The notes below the pieces were generated by a model, which had not been told where the DNA came from, searched no databases, and saw only the letters and a program-made list of their open reading frames with translations. Positions 49,484 through 63,027 of a stretch of DNA of 64,000 nucleotides are shown here, piece after piece. How positions within the stretch are numbered: position 1 is the first letter of the stretch; each line of letters begins with the position of its first letter. The translations under genes and the position numbers were made by a program. The stretch is from Macrostomum lignano (lineage: Eukaryota), in NCBI GenBank assembly GCA_002269645.1, contig NIVC01001164.1, positions 124,001-188,000 on the forward strand, in the 5' to 3' direction.

Positions 49484-50784
49484 TAGTTGCTTGGATTTTA
49501 TATGAGATTGAGAAAATTAGTTCGGTTAGAAACTGTTAGTTTTTTTTCTTGGTTTGTTGAATTTGGCCAGCGAAATTCGAGATTTAATATTCGTTTTTTA
49601 GATCGCTCGCCGTGGCAGGTCGCCTCGCCCAATGGCAGGCAGCCTGAGGACTCTGGAGGACCGGGGGCGGGGTTCGCCGAGGGCCAATCGCTGGCGCTCT
49701 AGGGACAGGTGGATTGAAGATGCTTCCATTTTTTCCAACTCAATGCGTCAGTCTGCGAGACCCTCTCTTCTCAGAGTCTTCGCCGTAATGAAGGCTTTTC
49801 ATCATAATTATGGAGGTGATAATAAGATCAGCCTCTTGGGGCCAATTTTTTTCAAGTTTCATTTGAATGATTCATTTTGGCGGGTAGGCTGGCATTGTCA
49901 GAAGCGCGCGCAGTCACAACAGCGCAATGGCAGATTTTGATAAACGCGATAAGCTACAGGCATTTTGTCAAATGCATTTTCTCAAAGTCATCTTTTCGAT
50001 TGTCGATCTCTTACATGTACATGTAGAAGTCAGAAAATAGTTTTATCTTTTTCAAAGACATTTATTTGATTAAATTCTATTTTTAGAACTCAGCCTCTCG
50101 CCGGTTGTGTGACAATGTCGCTTAAGGGGTATATGACTTTTTAACGGATTTTAATAATAAACTATTTCTAACAATCCAATTGATTGATTATTATGTACTA
50201 GAGCTTCAACAGCAGACAAAGTTATGTAAAGTTTAGTTAGTAGCTAAAAGACCTGCAGGAGATAGGTGGGTTGTTTTTCTGCAGGCTCCAGCTTTACAAC
50301 ATTAGCAATGGAAACGAATTTCGTCGACCAAAATAAAAAAATTGCCTTTTTGCTGGATTTCGCTTTGGCCAGCGGGAGCCTCGCATGCAGCATTTTCTTG
50401 GTAATTTGAGGCGCATTATCGGCGGCTGCATTCGACTAAGGAAAGGAGGAGGCGAGGAAAAAAATAAGAAAAATTAACCTCTCCCAATGCAGCCTCCACC
50501 TGAGGTTCCCTGCAGTCTGGCGCCTCAGCCAAAAGCAGCAGAGCGCTGCGGTGAATTATTTTTTTTCAATTGGCACAGCTGTTTGCTTGTCAGGCGGCGT
50601 GCGTCAAAGAGCGTTGGAGAATAATTTCTTTGAGAATAATCTGCGCCATTTGTGGATGCCGGCGTGGCGTCCGCTTATCAAGGACTGTCTGTGATGTGCT
50701 GGTTGGCTGTCATCTTCTTGATCCGACACCTTGTGCAATCTGCAACCGAAAATTCAGCCCCACCTGAAACATTCAGTGCGCCCA

Positions 50785-51465
50785 CCCTGAGCACTCACCC
50801 TGAGCACTCACCCTGAGCACTCACCCTGAGCACTCACCCTGAACACTCACCCTGAACACTCACCCTGAACACTCACACTGAACACTCACCCTGAACACTC
50901 ACCCTGAACACTCATCCTGAACACTCACCCTGAATACTCACCCTGAACACTCATCCTGAACACTCACCCTGAACACTCACCCTGAACACTCACCCTGAAC
51001 ACTCACCCTGAACACTCATCCTGAACACTCATCCTGAACACTCACCCTGAACACTCACCCTGAACACTCACCCTGAACACTCACCCTGAACACTCACCCT
51101 GAACACTCACCCTGAACACTCACCCTGAACACTCACCCTGAACACTCACCCTGAACACTCACCCTGAACACTCACCCTGAACACTCATCCTGAACACTCA
51201 TCCTGAACACTCACCCTGAACACTCACCCTGAACACTCACCCTGAACACTCACCCTGAACACTCACCCTGAACACTCACCCTGAACACTCACCCTGAACA
51301 CTCATCCTGAACACTCATCCTGAACACTCACCCTGAACACTCACCCTGAACACTCACCCTGAACACTCACCCTGAACACTCATCCTGAACACTCATCCTG
51401 AACACTCACCCTGAATACTCACCGTGAACACTCACCCTGAACACTCACACTGAACACTCCCCTGA
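50785..51465. repeat. 13-bp satellite CACTCACCCTGAA, ~52 copies
   Basis: Direct tandem copies. Confidence 0.97.
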
Positions 51466-52377
51466 GACACCTTCCTTCGTTGGACTTAATGGGGTGAGGC
51501 AAGCATTTTCGCACATCCGCCCACCGCAGGCTGTAGTGCTTGCCACTTTGGTTGCTGTTCCAAATTATTTTTAGTTGCCATGCAAGCAACGGACTCGAAC
51601 GTCACACCTCCCCGAATCAAAGAGAGTTGCCAAGGCCAGGTGCATCCGATGCCACTCTGACGGCAGTAGGCGAATAGGTGCTGGAAAAACACCTTTCAAA
51701 TTCGAAAATGGGTTCGAAATCGGGGTCTGAGTATTAAGGGTTTGGCTGGACAGTCCCACGTGTTGCCTCTGATCCTCTGTCCCCATAATTAGTGAATTAG
51801 CGAACGAATATTAGAGTGGCACCTGTACGCTCGAGTTCGAACAGACTTCAGTACCCGGTTCATTGCCGCCAAGATTTCATAGAGCGATAGTGCAGCGCCC
51901 AGATGCTAAGATGACAGAAGGAAGAAAAATAGTTTTAATCATCCCCGTTTTTTAGACAATAAAATTTCAATGGGTTTCAAAATGATAGCAGCTGGTGCTG
52001 TGCTCTGCTGATTAGTAAATATAATTATATAAATATAGTATCCAGTGAGATCGCTTGTTCTATACTGAAGGATGGGCAGTATCAATATACCCCCAAGGCC
52101 CTCGAGGCATGGTCTACCTGTTGTGACCGACCTTGGCTATTGATTGTTGGTTGGCATTCAGCCTATTTAAAATTATTTTTGTCATCCATCTGTGAGACAA
52201 TTAGGAGTTCGTCTTGTCTCCGGGGTCGTCGCTATGCCATGTTATGACTATCTATGACGACCGTTTTGAGCAAGAATTGGACTGCGGACTTCAGACAGCG
52301 AAAGTAAGAAAGCAATTTTAACCTAATTCTTGGTCACCTTTGAAGCGTCATGTTGCATCCTTGAGGGTTCATACTGA

Positions 52378-53345
52378 GGACTCATTTTGACCCCACTGAC
52401 GACTCATTTTGACCCCACTGACGATTCATTTTGACCCCCTGGGGATTCATTTTGACACCCTGAGGATTTATTTTGACCCCTAAGGATTCATTTTGACCCC
52501 CTGAGGATTCATTTTGACTGTCCTGAGGATTCATTTTGACTGTCCTGAGGATTCATTTTGACTGTCCTGAGGATTCATTTTGACTGTCCTGAGGATTCAT
52601 TTTGACTCTCCTGAGGATTCATTTTGACTGTCCTGAGGATTCATTTTGACTGTCCTGAGGATTCATTTTGACTCTCCTGAGGATTCATTTTGACTCTCCT
52701 GAGGATTCATTTTGACCCCTGAGGATTCATTTTGACTCTCCTGAGGATTCATTTTGACTCTCCTGAGGATTCATTTTGACTGTCCTGAGGATTCATTTTG
52801 ACCCCTGAGGATTCATTTTGACTGTCCTGAGGATTCATTTTGACTCTTCTGAGGATTCATTTTGACCCCTGAGGATTCATTTTGACCCCTGAGGATTCAT
52901 TTTGACTGTCCTGAGGATTCATTTTGACCCCCTGAGGATTCATTTTGACTCCCCTGAGGATTCATTTTGACTCTCCTGAGGATTCATTTTGACCCCTGAG
53001 GATTCATTTTGACCCCTGAGGATTCATTTTGACCCCTGAGGATTCATTTTGACTCTCCTGAGGATTCATTTTGACTCTTCTGAGGATTCATTTCGACTCT
53101 TCTGAGGATTCATTTCGACTCTTCTGAGGATTCATTTCGACTCTTCTGAGGATTCATTTCGACTCTTCTGAGGATTCATTTTGACCCCTGAGGATTCATT
53201 TTGACCCCTGAGGATTCATTTTGACCCCTGAGGATTCATTTTGACTCCCCTGAGGATTCATTTTGACTCTTCTGAGGATTCATTTTGACCCCCCCCCCTC
53301 CTTGAGGATTTATTTTGACCCCCCCCTCCCTGAGGATTCACTTTG
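52378..53345. repeat. 20-23-bp minisatellite CTGAGGATTCATTTTGAC(TGTC/TCTC/CC)
   Basis: Direct tandem copies. Confidence 0.96.
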
Positions 53346-55114
53346 ACTCTTTTATGCAGCTTCCCTTTGACTCATTGAAGTCCTCATTTAGACGTTTGAG
53401 AATATTTTTCACCTGTAAATACGACAACACTGCAGCACCATCTGTGCTGACTGAAACGCCGTCTCCAAAAATTCTATGAAAAACAATTTTCCCATTGCAA
53501 TTTTTGTGGCTTCTCTTCTAGGCGGAAGAAAGAGAAACATCAAAACAATTTTAAAATCTGCCGGTGGGATAAACTGTTGACGGCGAAACTCAACACTGCC
53601 GTTTTATGGTCCTTGGCGCACCTGAGGCCAGGATAAGTGGGGAATCAAAGACTGTGGAAGACTGCGAAGATATTTTTGAAAATGGAGAGCCCGCTAGGAG
53701 AAAGATGGAGAGAAATAGTCTCACCCGAGACTCTCCCGCTTTTTTTCCTTAATCCGAGTTTAAAGTAGAGAAGCAGTTTGAGATTTAACCTGCCAACCCC
53801 CCGCTGCGCGCGGCTTTCACAATCTCCCCCTAACCCCAGCGGGGAGCTCGGGGATTTGAACTGCTCTGGGGTCTAAATGGGATAAACCAGGCATAGAAAA
53901 TCCCAACCCCTGCATTAGCTATGCATGGGCAGCTGAAGCAGAAGGCCGCTGCAAACGCGATTGGAGCAGATTACTGCTGCAAAATGCATCAGCGAGACAG
54001 GAACATCTAGCGCTGATGTTCCCGACCGATTTTGTCTATGGCCAAACCCCATTCAGCGCTGTGCAAAAATCTGTTTTGAAAATACGACTGTATTTTGAGC
54101 GCTTTCACTCGTCAATTTTTTTTTCACAATTCTCTGTTTTGACAAAACTTGAAAGAGCACCTCACTTTATTTGGTAGAAGTATAGAAGTTGGGATTTTGG
54201 GATTCTGAGCATTTTTCAGCAGAAATTTTGGCGATCTGTGACTGCTGCGGCCTTCTGCCTCAGCTGTCACGCCAGCACAAAGCGAAAAGCAGATCCGTTT
54301 TGCCAGGTTAGATGAAGGAAGCAGGGAAGCCAGTTGTGGCTTGAGAATCTTCCGATTTGCCTGACGCAGGAGCCTCATTGAGTTCAGATTTCCTGTTCCT
54401 TATCCAGTGTCAAACGAGTCTGGATCCCCTCAGTTACTGAAATCAGAGCGCCGCTGTTGCAGCATCCGTTCGAGTCTCAGTTCCGCTCCTTTCTGTCTTG
54501 AGTATCCGCCTGGCAACGTCTGTTCCAATCTCTCTTTATTTCCCATTGTGCCCGTGAGAGCAACACGATAGGCGCTTCTCCCCCTAGAAGAAGAAGCTAA
54601 GGGAGAGAAGTTGAAGCTTTACTCGCCTGAGGACTTCCAATGAGTCGAATGGAGCACGCATCTTTCCAAATAAAGATTGCTATAGGGGATGGGGCAGTGA
54701 TCAACTTGATACTCATTTGTAAACTCGCCGTCTTCTGATTTATCAAATCTATAAAGGTCTCAAATTTACACTCCCTAAACTCGTCAGTTCCACGCTGCCT
54801 GAGGGCAGTTGCCGACCCCCCCCTCTCTCCCAACTGTTGCGCTGGACAATGGGATGTGGCACACAAAATCACGGTCGAGGGAAGGTTGGTGCACATGTTG
54901 AATCAGAGGAATTTAACTAGCCAGTCATTTGCTGCACAGGGGGTCCGGCTTGGCATACCCAGCCAAATATTTGCCTCCTGTTGTGTCAGACACCATTGAT
55001 CAGTTCAGTTCGCATGTTGTGCTTCTGCCTGGCATGGCAACTGCACATCAACACAGTAGCCATCCTAGCAGGTGTTAAGTATCGGACTCAATGCTTTGAA
55101 CATTTCTTATTACT

Positions 55115-55570
55115 CTTTCCGTTATCTCTCATCACTCTCTTTCCACTATCTCTCATCACTCTTTCCGCTATCTCTCATCACTCTCTTTCCGCTATCTCTC
55201 ATCACTCTCTTTCCGCTATCTCTCATCACTCTCTTTCCGCTATCTCTCATCACTCTTTCCGCTATCTCTCATCACTCTCTTTCCGCTATCTCTCATCACT
55301 CTCTTTCCGCTATCTCTCATCACTCTCTTTCCGCTATCTCTCATCACTCTCTTTCCGCTATCTCTCATCACTCTCTTTCCGCTATCTCTCATCACTCTCT
55401 TTCCGCTATCTCTCATCACTCTCTTTCCGCTATCTCTCATCACTCTTTTCCGCTATCTCTCATCACTCTCTTTCCGCTATCTCTCATCACTCTCTTTCTG
55501 ATATCTCTCATCACTCTCTTTCCGCTATCTCTCATCACTCTCTTTCCGCTATCTCTCATCACTCTCTTTC
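55115..55570. repeat. 24-bp pyrimidine-rich minisatellite CTCTTTCCGCTATCTCTCATCACT
   Basis: Direct tandem copies. Confidence 0.95.
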
Positions 55571-58493
55571 TGATCTTTTTCGTTCCTTTTCTCGGCTTCG
55601 CCAAATGGCAAAAATCAATTTTCAATTATATCACAACAGATATTTGTAATTAACCTAAAGCAGATATGACTCAGTGGTGCTCTTAATCTCTAAGGATCTT
55701 TTAAAATGAGAGACAATACACTGGAGCACAATGAAGTTTGCATTAATTCTTCAGAGCCCAGAACACAACCCCAGCCAGCACACTGTCGCAGCCTTCAGTT
55801 GACTATTCTTTCATCCAGTTCTCCATCAACCAGAAGCCAAGCCAAATTCGAACTGTGAATAATACAGGAGAGCCTCGTTGTTGAGTAAAAGATGGGCGGA
55901 CTGTTTAGTGGAAGGGGAATAAAAGAAATAGGGGATCTTTCAAGCGGGATCTCTGCGATGCGGAAAAGCTGGGAGTCTGGCTGTGAGGCTGGGCTCAGCT
56001 GCGCCAGGCGCTGTAGGGGGCCTCAAATAAAGGACCGGAGCGCAAAGGGAGGCTGAAGAAACGATGGGGAACAACTCGGCTCTCTCTTTATCGGCGGGTA
56101 GGGGAGGAGGAAAGCCGAGGAAAAAAAATTCAAAGATCCCGGCGGGAGAAGCTGTGTCGAGTAGATAAGCATCGGGTGGGAAATCTGTGTTAAAGAGAGA
56201 GGAGTTAAACGAATCCAGGTGTGCCATTGTCTCGCTTGACCGCTTTTTTTCCTGTAGCGGCAAGCTTTTCTGTTAAATGTCGCGAATTTTCTGAGTTCAT
56301 CTCGGAGGGTGGCGGGTTTAAGGGCGGACAATCTCCTATACTAGCTTGTTGTTCAATCTAGCTATTTCTCTCTTGAGTACACGAGTCAAAAAAATTTCGA
56401 ACAAGTTTAACAATATTATCGACTATGATTTCAGAAATGCAGGTGTGTTACTATACTGCAGGCAGGCAAAGCAGAGTATAACTGTTAAGCTATTACGCAT
56501 CTAATTATCTTTACTTCTGGAGTTTCAGAGTTTAGCACAAACTTTAATTATTATTATGGCTAGCCAGCGAAATTTCGTTCCACTGACATTCTCAGGGCTT
56601 GTATACCAAACAACTAGACACAAAAAAGGAATGAACAGTAAATTAGTCCCGTATAGGGCGGATCAGTCTAGTTCCCTGTACAAATTCAATATAAAATCAA
56701 TAGTCAATATCGTATATAGTCTCTACATATAGAACTCTCAGTTGGTGCTCCACCCCATTCAAGTTGATAGGCTTATGCATGCAATTCGACTTACGAAGCT
56801 GATCAAATTGTTTTTGCACCCATCTATCACATTTTGACAGCTGCATTGGATTGTCGTTGCATAGCATATGCCGCAAGGACCACTACAGTACGTGTACAGC
56901 TACAGTGTATATACAGCTATATACAGTGGTCCTTGATATGCAGTTGCAACCTTTCGGATGCGTCGTTGCGTCTCTAAGCCTGGTCCAGCCGTTCCTGGAG
57001 CCATGGCTCCAAGCCTGACGCCGCCGTTTCCTACGTTCCATCAGATTCAGCTTGCCCCAGCTCCTATAGACGTGCAACCATGCAGTCATCCAAAGCAAGC
57101 GCAGCTCGGTGAGTCTTCGGGACTTACATGTACATGCAAGTACGCGGTGAACCGACTCCTCGGCAACTTCCTGTACAGGAGTATACATGTAGATTGGCTG
57201 AGCTGCTCGCCTGCACTTTGGTTCTGACATAATTAAAAAATTTACATGTATTACGTACTTTAAAAATATTTAATTTTGAACACCTTTTTGTTTAAGCGCT
57301 TTTAAACATGCAGTGCTTACAATAACAAAAAGTATACATTCGCTCATTGCGCTCGCTCCTTCGTTGCATGCATTGTATGCGCGCTTAGTTAAAATATGTA
57401 TATCTTCTCCGTGACGCTCTTATGGCACGTTTCAAACTTAAATTGCAAATCACGAAAAAAAATCACCGGCTTCGTATAATTTAAAGCAATTGAGGTTTTT
57501 AAGCAGTTAAACAAACTAAGAATCTGATTGTTTTACAGAGATTTTACTCAGACTGTTATACTAAGTAATCAGTTTAAATTCAGCTTTTAAAAAACTTGCG
57601 TACAGTAAATATTAAAAAATCCCTGGTAAATTTTGTGTACATCTCGAATTCTAAATTCTAGATAATCGCACAGATTTGATAACATAACCAATTAACATAC
57701 TCTTAGTACGTTAAATTGATAAAACTAGATACTCTGACGATGATGCATTAAACTAAACAATAATGCAATAAAGAATACAATAAAGCAAAAGAGTTGAGAG
57801 TTTGCTACTTGATTAAAACTTTTTTCTTTGAAACTCTTCAAACCAAACACATCAATTGGGACTAGAGAAAAAGACATCTGCTGTTTTAAGCTATGCATAT
57901 CTGTGTCACTATCTTAGCAAATACGTCTGGTTTTTAAAATGATGTGTCAAGCAAAATTTGGCGACAGGGCACATCAAAGAAATTTAATTGAAATATGCGG
58001 CACACTTGATTCAAATTCGTTCTTTTTAAAGCTCGACCAAAAAACAAATGAACGCAATAGAACGGTGAGTGTTTATTCTAATATTGTTGAGATTGAGATA
58101 TTATGTCAGTCTTTTTGTTAGTCTGTGCTGTCTTTTAGTTATTTAATGTAGCCCAAATATAATTCCTATATGCTATGAATTTATTATTTTTGCTATACAT
58201 TTTATTTAACAGGTAACCAGCTTATCTTAAAAAAATATATCAAATTATATTTAACAATCCAAAATTTAAAATTTAAACACAAAATTACCCATGTGGCTTA
58301 AAATTTTATTTGAGTTGATACAAAAATATCTTTTAAAAAATTACAATCTTTTATAAATTTGATTTGCTTCAAACAAAGAAGTAAAAAGCAAATCGAAATT
58401 GGTTGATTTCCACAATCAGGATTTTTTGTCAGTAAATATAATATTGAACGTATGAGAAATTCTAAAAATGGATTCAGTAATTCCAATATCGAA

Positions 58494-59038
58494 ATGACCG
58501 ACTTTCAGGCCAGCGACAGGCGCAGCAACCAATTCCTCACCGGCTGGGAGACCGGGGTCGACAATCAGCTGACGCCGCCAAAGGCCGCATACACGGTGAA
58601 ACCGATCGCCCGGCAGCAGCAGCAGCCCAGTTTCCTTAACAAGACTGGAGGTGGCATCCGGTCGAAGCCATTTGTCTTTGTACAGTCACTCAGCTCGGAG
58701 GGTTACCTGAAGTGCTACACCAATGAGCACAGCTACCTAGCAAATCTCTACGCTAGCGGGACTCAGCAGCAGCAGCAGCAGCAGCAGCTTCTGCTACGCC
58801 AGGCGCCCTCAATTAGCGGCTTCCCCGTCCGACTGTCCTCGCCGCCTCCGTTCTTGTCTCCTCCGCCACCACCGCAGCCGCGGCCGCAGTCTCCGCCTCC
58901 GCCGCAACAAGCAGCGGCTCGTAGCGGCAGCGCTGGCAGCGAGCGGGTGACGCGGCTGTTCCAGCAGCAGACAGCCACCTCCTCTGCGGAGCTCGAGGCC
59001 GCAGGCTCCATCGGTCAGCAAGTCGATTTGGTCACCAA
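58494..59038 (+). CDS. Exon of an unidentified Pro/Gln-rich protein (ATG at 58494 or acceptor at 58508; donor GTTAGT at 59039); gene continues beyond the array
   Basis: A GC-rich open frame with exon-like codon usage sits in AT-rich flanks. It contains poly-Q and poly-P tracts and ends at a donor followed by a satellite-filled intron. No domain was recognised. Confidence 0.6.
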
Positions 59039-59177
59039 GTTAGTTGGCGCTTGGATTATTTTAATTCGCTCTTTCTGTGGAAAGAAAAAATAGTGAAATT
59101 TTAGGCAGCATCAGATTTTCCGTCTGCGTCTACGGCCGGAGATCTCGAAAATCTTTTTAAATCCTGTCCCTCTCCTA

Positions 59178-62100
59178 GATCCTCAGCTGCTGGGCCAGCC
59201 TTCCAGATCCTCAGCTGCTGGGCCAGCCTCCCAGATCCTCAGCTGCTGGGCCAGCCTTCCAGATCCTCAGCTGCTGGGCCAGCCTCCCAGATCCTCAGCT
59301 GCTGGGCCAGCCTCCCAGATCCTCAGCTGCTGGGCCAGCCTCCCAGATCCTCAGCTGCTGGGCCAGCCTCCCAGATCCTCAGCTGATGGGCCAGCCTCCC
59401 AGATCCTCAGCTGCTGGGCCAGCCTTCCAGATCCTCAGCTGCTGGGCCAGCCTTCCAGATCCTGAGCTGCTGGGCCAGCCTCCCAGATCCTCAGCTGCTG
59501 GGCCAGCCTTCCAGATCCTCAGCTGCTGGGCCAGCCTCCCAGATCCTCAGCTGCTGGGCCAGCCTCCCAGATCCTCAGCTGCTGGGCCAGCCTCCCAGAT
59601 CCTCAGCTGCTGGGCCAGCCTCCCAGATCCTCAGTTGCTGGGCCAGCCTCCCAGATCCTCAGCTGCTGGGCCAGCCTTCCAGATCCTCAGCTGCTGGGCC
59701 AGCCTTCCAGATCCTCAGTTGCCAGGCCAGCTTCCCAGATCCTCAGTTGCCAGGCCAGCTTCCCAGATCCTCAGTTGCTAGGCAGGCCTCCCAGATCCTC
59801 AGCTGCTGGGCCAGCCTTCCAGATCCTCAGCTGCTGGGCCAGCCTTCCAGATCCTCAGCTGCTGGCCAGCCTCCCAGATCCTCAGCTGCTGGGCCAGCCT
59901 CCCAGATCCTCAGCTGCTGGGCCAGCCTCCCAGATCCTCAGCTGCTGGGCCAGCCTCCCAGATCCTCAGCTGCTGGGCAAGCCTCCCAGATCCTCAGCTG
60001 CTGGGCCAGCCTCCCAGATCCTCAGCTGCTGGGCCAGCCTTCCAGATCCTCAGCTGCTGGGCCAGCCTTCCAGATCCTCAGTTGCCAGGCCAGCTTCCCA
60101 GATCCTCAGTTGCCAGGCCAGCTTCCCAGATCCTCAGTTGCTAGGCAGGCCTCCCAGATCCTCAGCTGCTGGGCCAGCCTTCCAGATCCTCAGCTGCTGG
60201 GCCAGCCTTCCAGATCCTCAGCTGCTGGCCAGCCTCCCAGATCCTCAGCTGCTGGGCCAGCCTCCCAGATCCTCAGCTGCTGGGCCAGCCTCCCAGATCC
60301 TCAGCTGCTGGGCCAGCCTCCCAGATCCTCAGCTGCTGGGCCAGCCTTCCAGATCCTCAGCTGCTGGGCCAGCCTTCCAGATCCTCAGCTGCTGGGCCAG
60401 CCTTCCAGATCCTCAGTTGCCAGGCCAGCTTCCCAGATCCTCAGTTGCCAGGCCAGCTTCCCAGATCCTCAGTTGCTAGGCAGGCCTCCCAGATCCTCAG
60501 CTCCTCGGCCAGCCTTCCAGATCCTCAGCTGCTGGGCCAGCCTTCCAGATCCTCAGCTGCTGGCCAGCCTCCCAGATCCTCAGCTGCTGGGCCAGCCTCC
60601 CAGATCCTCAGCTGCTGGGCCAGCCTCCCAGATCCTCAGCTGCTGGGCCAGCCTCCCAGATCCTCAGCTGCTGGGCAAGCCTCCCAGATCCTCAGCTGCT
60701 GGGCCAGCCTCCCAGATCCTCAGCTGCTGGGCCAGCCTTCCAGATCCTCAGCTGCTGGGCCAGCCTTCCAGATCCTCAGTTGCCAGGCCAGCTTCCCAGA
60801 TCCTCAGTTGCCAGGCCAGCTTCCCAGATCCTCAGTTGCTAGGCAGGCCTCCCAGATCCTCAGCTGCTGGGCCAGCCTTCCAGATCCTCAGCTGCTGGGC
60901 CAGCCTTCCAGATCCTCAGCTGCTGGCCAGCCTCCCAGATCCTCAGCTGCTGGGCCAGCCTCCAAGATCCTCAGCTGCTGGGCCAGCCTTCCAGATCCTC
61001 AGCTGCTGGGCCAGCCTCCAAGATCCTCAGCTGCTGGGCCAGCCTCCCAGATCCTCAATTACTGGGCCAGCCTCCCAGATCCTCAGCTGCTGGGCCAGCC
61101 TCCAAGATCCTCAGCTGCTGGGCCAGCCTCCCAGATCCTCAGCTGCTGGGCCAGCCTTCCAGATCCTCAGCTGCTGGGCCAGCCTTCCAGATCCTCAGCT
61201 GCTGGGCCAGCCTCCCAGATCCTCAGCTGCTGGGCCAGCCTTCCAGATCCTCAGCTGCTGGGCCAGCCTCCCAGATCCTCAGCTGCTGGGCCAGCCTCCC
61301 AGATCCTCAGCTGCTGGGCCAGCCTCCCAGATCCTCAGCTGCTGGGCCAGCCTCCCAGATCCTCAGTTGCTGGGCCAGCCTCCCAGATCCTCAGCTGCTG
61401 GGCCAGCCTTCCAGATCCTCAGCTGCTGGGCCAGCCTTCCAGATCCTCAGTTGCCAGGCCAGCTTCCCAGATCCTCAGTTGCCAGGCCAGCTTCCCAGAT
61501 CCTCAGTTGCTAGGCAGGCCTCCCAGATCCTCAGCTGCTGGGCCAGCCTTCCAGATCCTCAGCTGCTGGGCCAGCCTTCCAGATCCTCAGCTGCTGGCCA
61601 GCCTCCCAGATCCTCAGCTGCTGGGCCAGCCTCCCAGATCCTCAGCTGCTGGGCCAGCCTCCCAGATCCTCAGCTGATGGGCCAGCCTCCCAGATCCTCA
61701 GCTGCTGGGCCAGCCTTCCAGATCCTCAGCTGCTGGCCAGCCTCCCAGATCCTCAGCTGCTGGGCCAGCCTCCCAGATCCTCAGCTGCTGGGCCAGCCTC
61801 CCAGATCCTCAGCTGCTGGGCCAGCCTCCCAGATCCTCAGCTGCTGGGCCAGCCTCCCAGATCCTCAGCTGCTGGGCCAGCCTCCCAGATCCTCAGCTGC
61901 TGGGCCAGCCTTCCAGATCCTCAGCTGCTGGGCCAGCCTTCCAGATCCTCAGTTGCCAGGCCAGCTTCCCAGATCCTCAGTTGCCAGGCCAGCTTCCCAG
62001 ATCCTCAGTTGCTAGGCAGGCCTCCCAGATCCTCAGCTGCTGGGCCAGCCTTCCAGATCCTCAGCTGCTGGGCCAGCCTTCCAGATCCTCAGCTGCTGGC

Positions 62101-62870
62101 CAGCCTCCCAGATCCTCAGCTGCTGGGCCAGCCTCCAAGATCCTCAGCTGCTGGGCCAGCCTTCCAGATCCTCAGCTGCTGGGCCAGCCTTCCAGATCCT
62201 CAGCTGCTGGGCCAGCCTCCCAGATCCTCAATTACTGGGCCAGCCTCCCAGATCCTCAGCTGCTGGGCCAGCCTCCAAGATCCTCAGCTGCTGGGCCAGC
62301 CTTCCAGATCCTCAGCTGCTGGGCCAGCCTTCCAGATCCTCAGCTGCTGGGCCAGCCTTCCAGATCCTCAGCTGCTGGGCCAGCCTTCCAGATCCTCAGC
62401 TGCTGGGCCAGCCTTCCAGATCCTCAGCTGCTGGGCCAGCCTTCCAGATCCTCAGCTGCTGGGCCAGCCTTCCAGATCCTCAGCTGCTGGGCCAGCCTTC
62501 CAGATCCTCAGCTGCTGGGCCAGCCTCCCAGATCCTCAGCTGCTGGGCCAGCCTCCCAGATCCTCAGCTGCTGGGCCAGCCTCCCAGATCCTCAGCTGCT
62601 GGGCCAGCCTCCCAGATCCTCAGCTGCTGGGCCAGCCTCCCAGATCCTCAGCTGCTGGGCCAGCCTCCCAGATCCTCAGCTGCTGGGCCAGCCTCCCAGA
62701 TCCTCAGCTGCTGGGCCAGCCTCCCAGATCCTCAGCTGCTGGGCCAGCCTCTCAAATCCTCAGCTGCTGGGCCACCCTCCCAGATCCTCAGCTGCTGGGC
62801 CAGCCTCTCAAATCCTCAGCTGCTGGTCCAGCCTCCCAAATCCTCAGTTACTGGGTCAGCCTCCCAGATC
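59178..62870. repeat. 28-bp minisatellite CAGATCCTCAGCTGCTGGGCCAGCCTCC, ~130 copies with higher-order blocks
   Basis: Direct tandem copies; the reverse complement of the RUFY intron 1 unit except for one base. Confidence 0.98.
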
Positions 62871-63027
62871 CTTAACTGGAGCACAGCCCTAAAAAGCTCT
62901 CCAGTTTGAGATACTAGTATCAGTTGCAGGGAGATTAAGTATCTGACCTCGCTCACTAATCAAAAACTTCTATTTAAAAGTGTCTGCAGTGCCAACAAAT
63001 TAACTGACTCGCCTCCCTACCCTGCAG

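Noticed and set aside
54124-56331. Short GC-richer minus-strand ORFs (55940-56331 and ~54440-54590) as a possible gene
   Set aside because: No recognisable motif was found and no consistent splice path could be built. It is not excluded, but it is unsupported.
56958-57114. Possible upstream exon of the 58.5-kb gene ending at GTGAGT (~57109)
   Set aside because: Its open frame ends in phase 1, whereas the 58509 acceptor needs phase 0, and the phase-0 frame has a nearby stop.
4903-62870. 6-bp palindromes (CTGCAG, TCTAGA, GATATC, GTGCAC, TAGCTA, CACGTG, CAGCTG) in many repeat units
   Set aside because: About 8 of 26 units have one, close to the roughly one in three expected by chance for 20-30-bp units.
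59386-62892. Long ORFs up to 588 aa, and similar ORFs at 459-1193, 3555-4211, 4754-6076, 7336-8685, 16273-17340, 23067-23887, 24335-25035, 27184-28413, 38547-39860 and 54981-55653
   Set aside because: They are periodic translations of tandem repeats, open in several frames and on both strands, and most lie inside introns of real genes.
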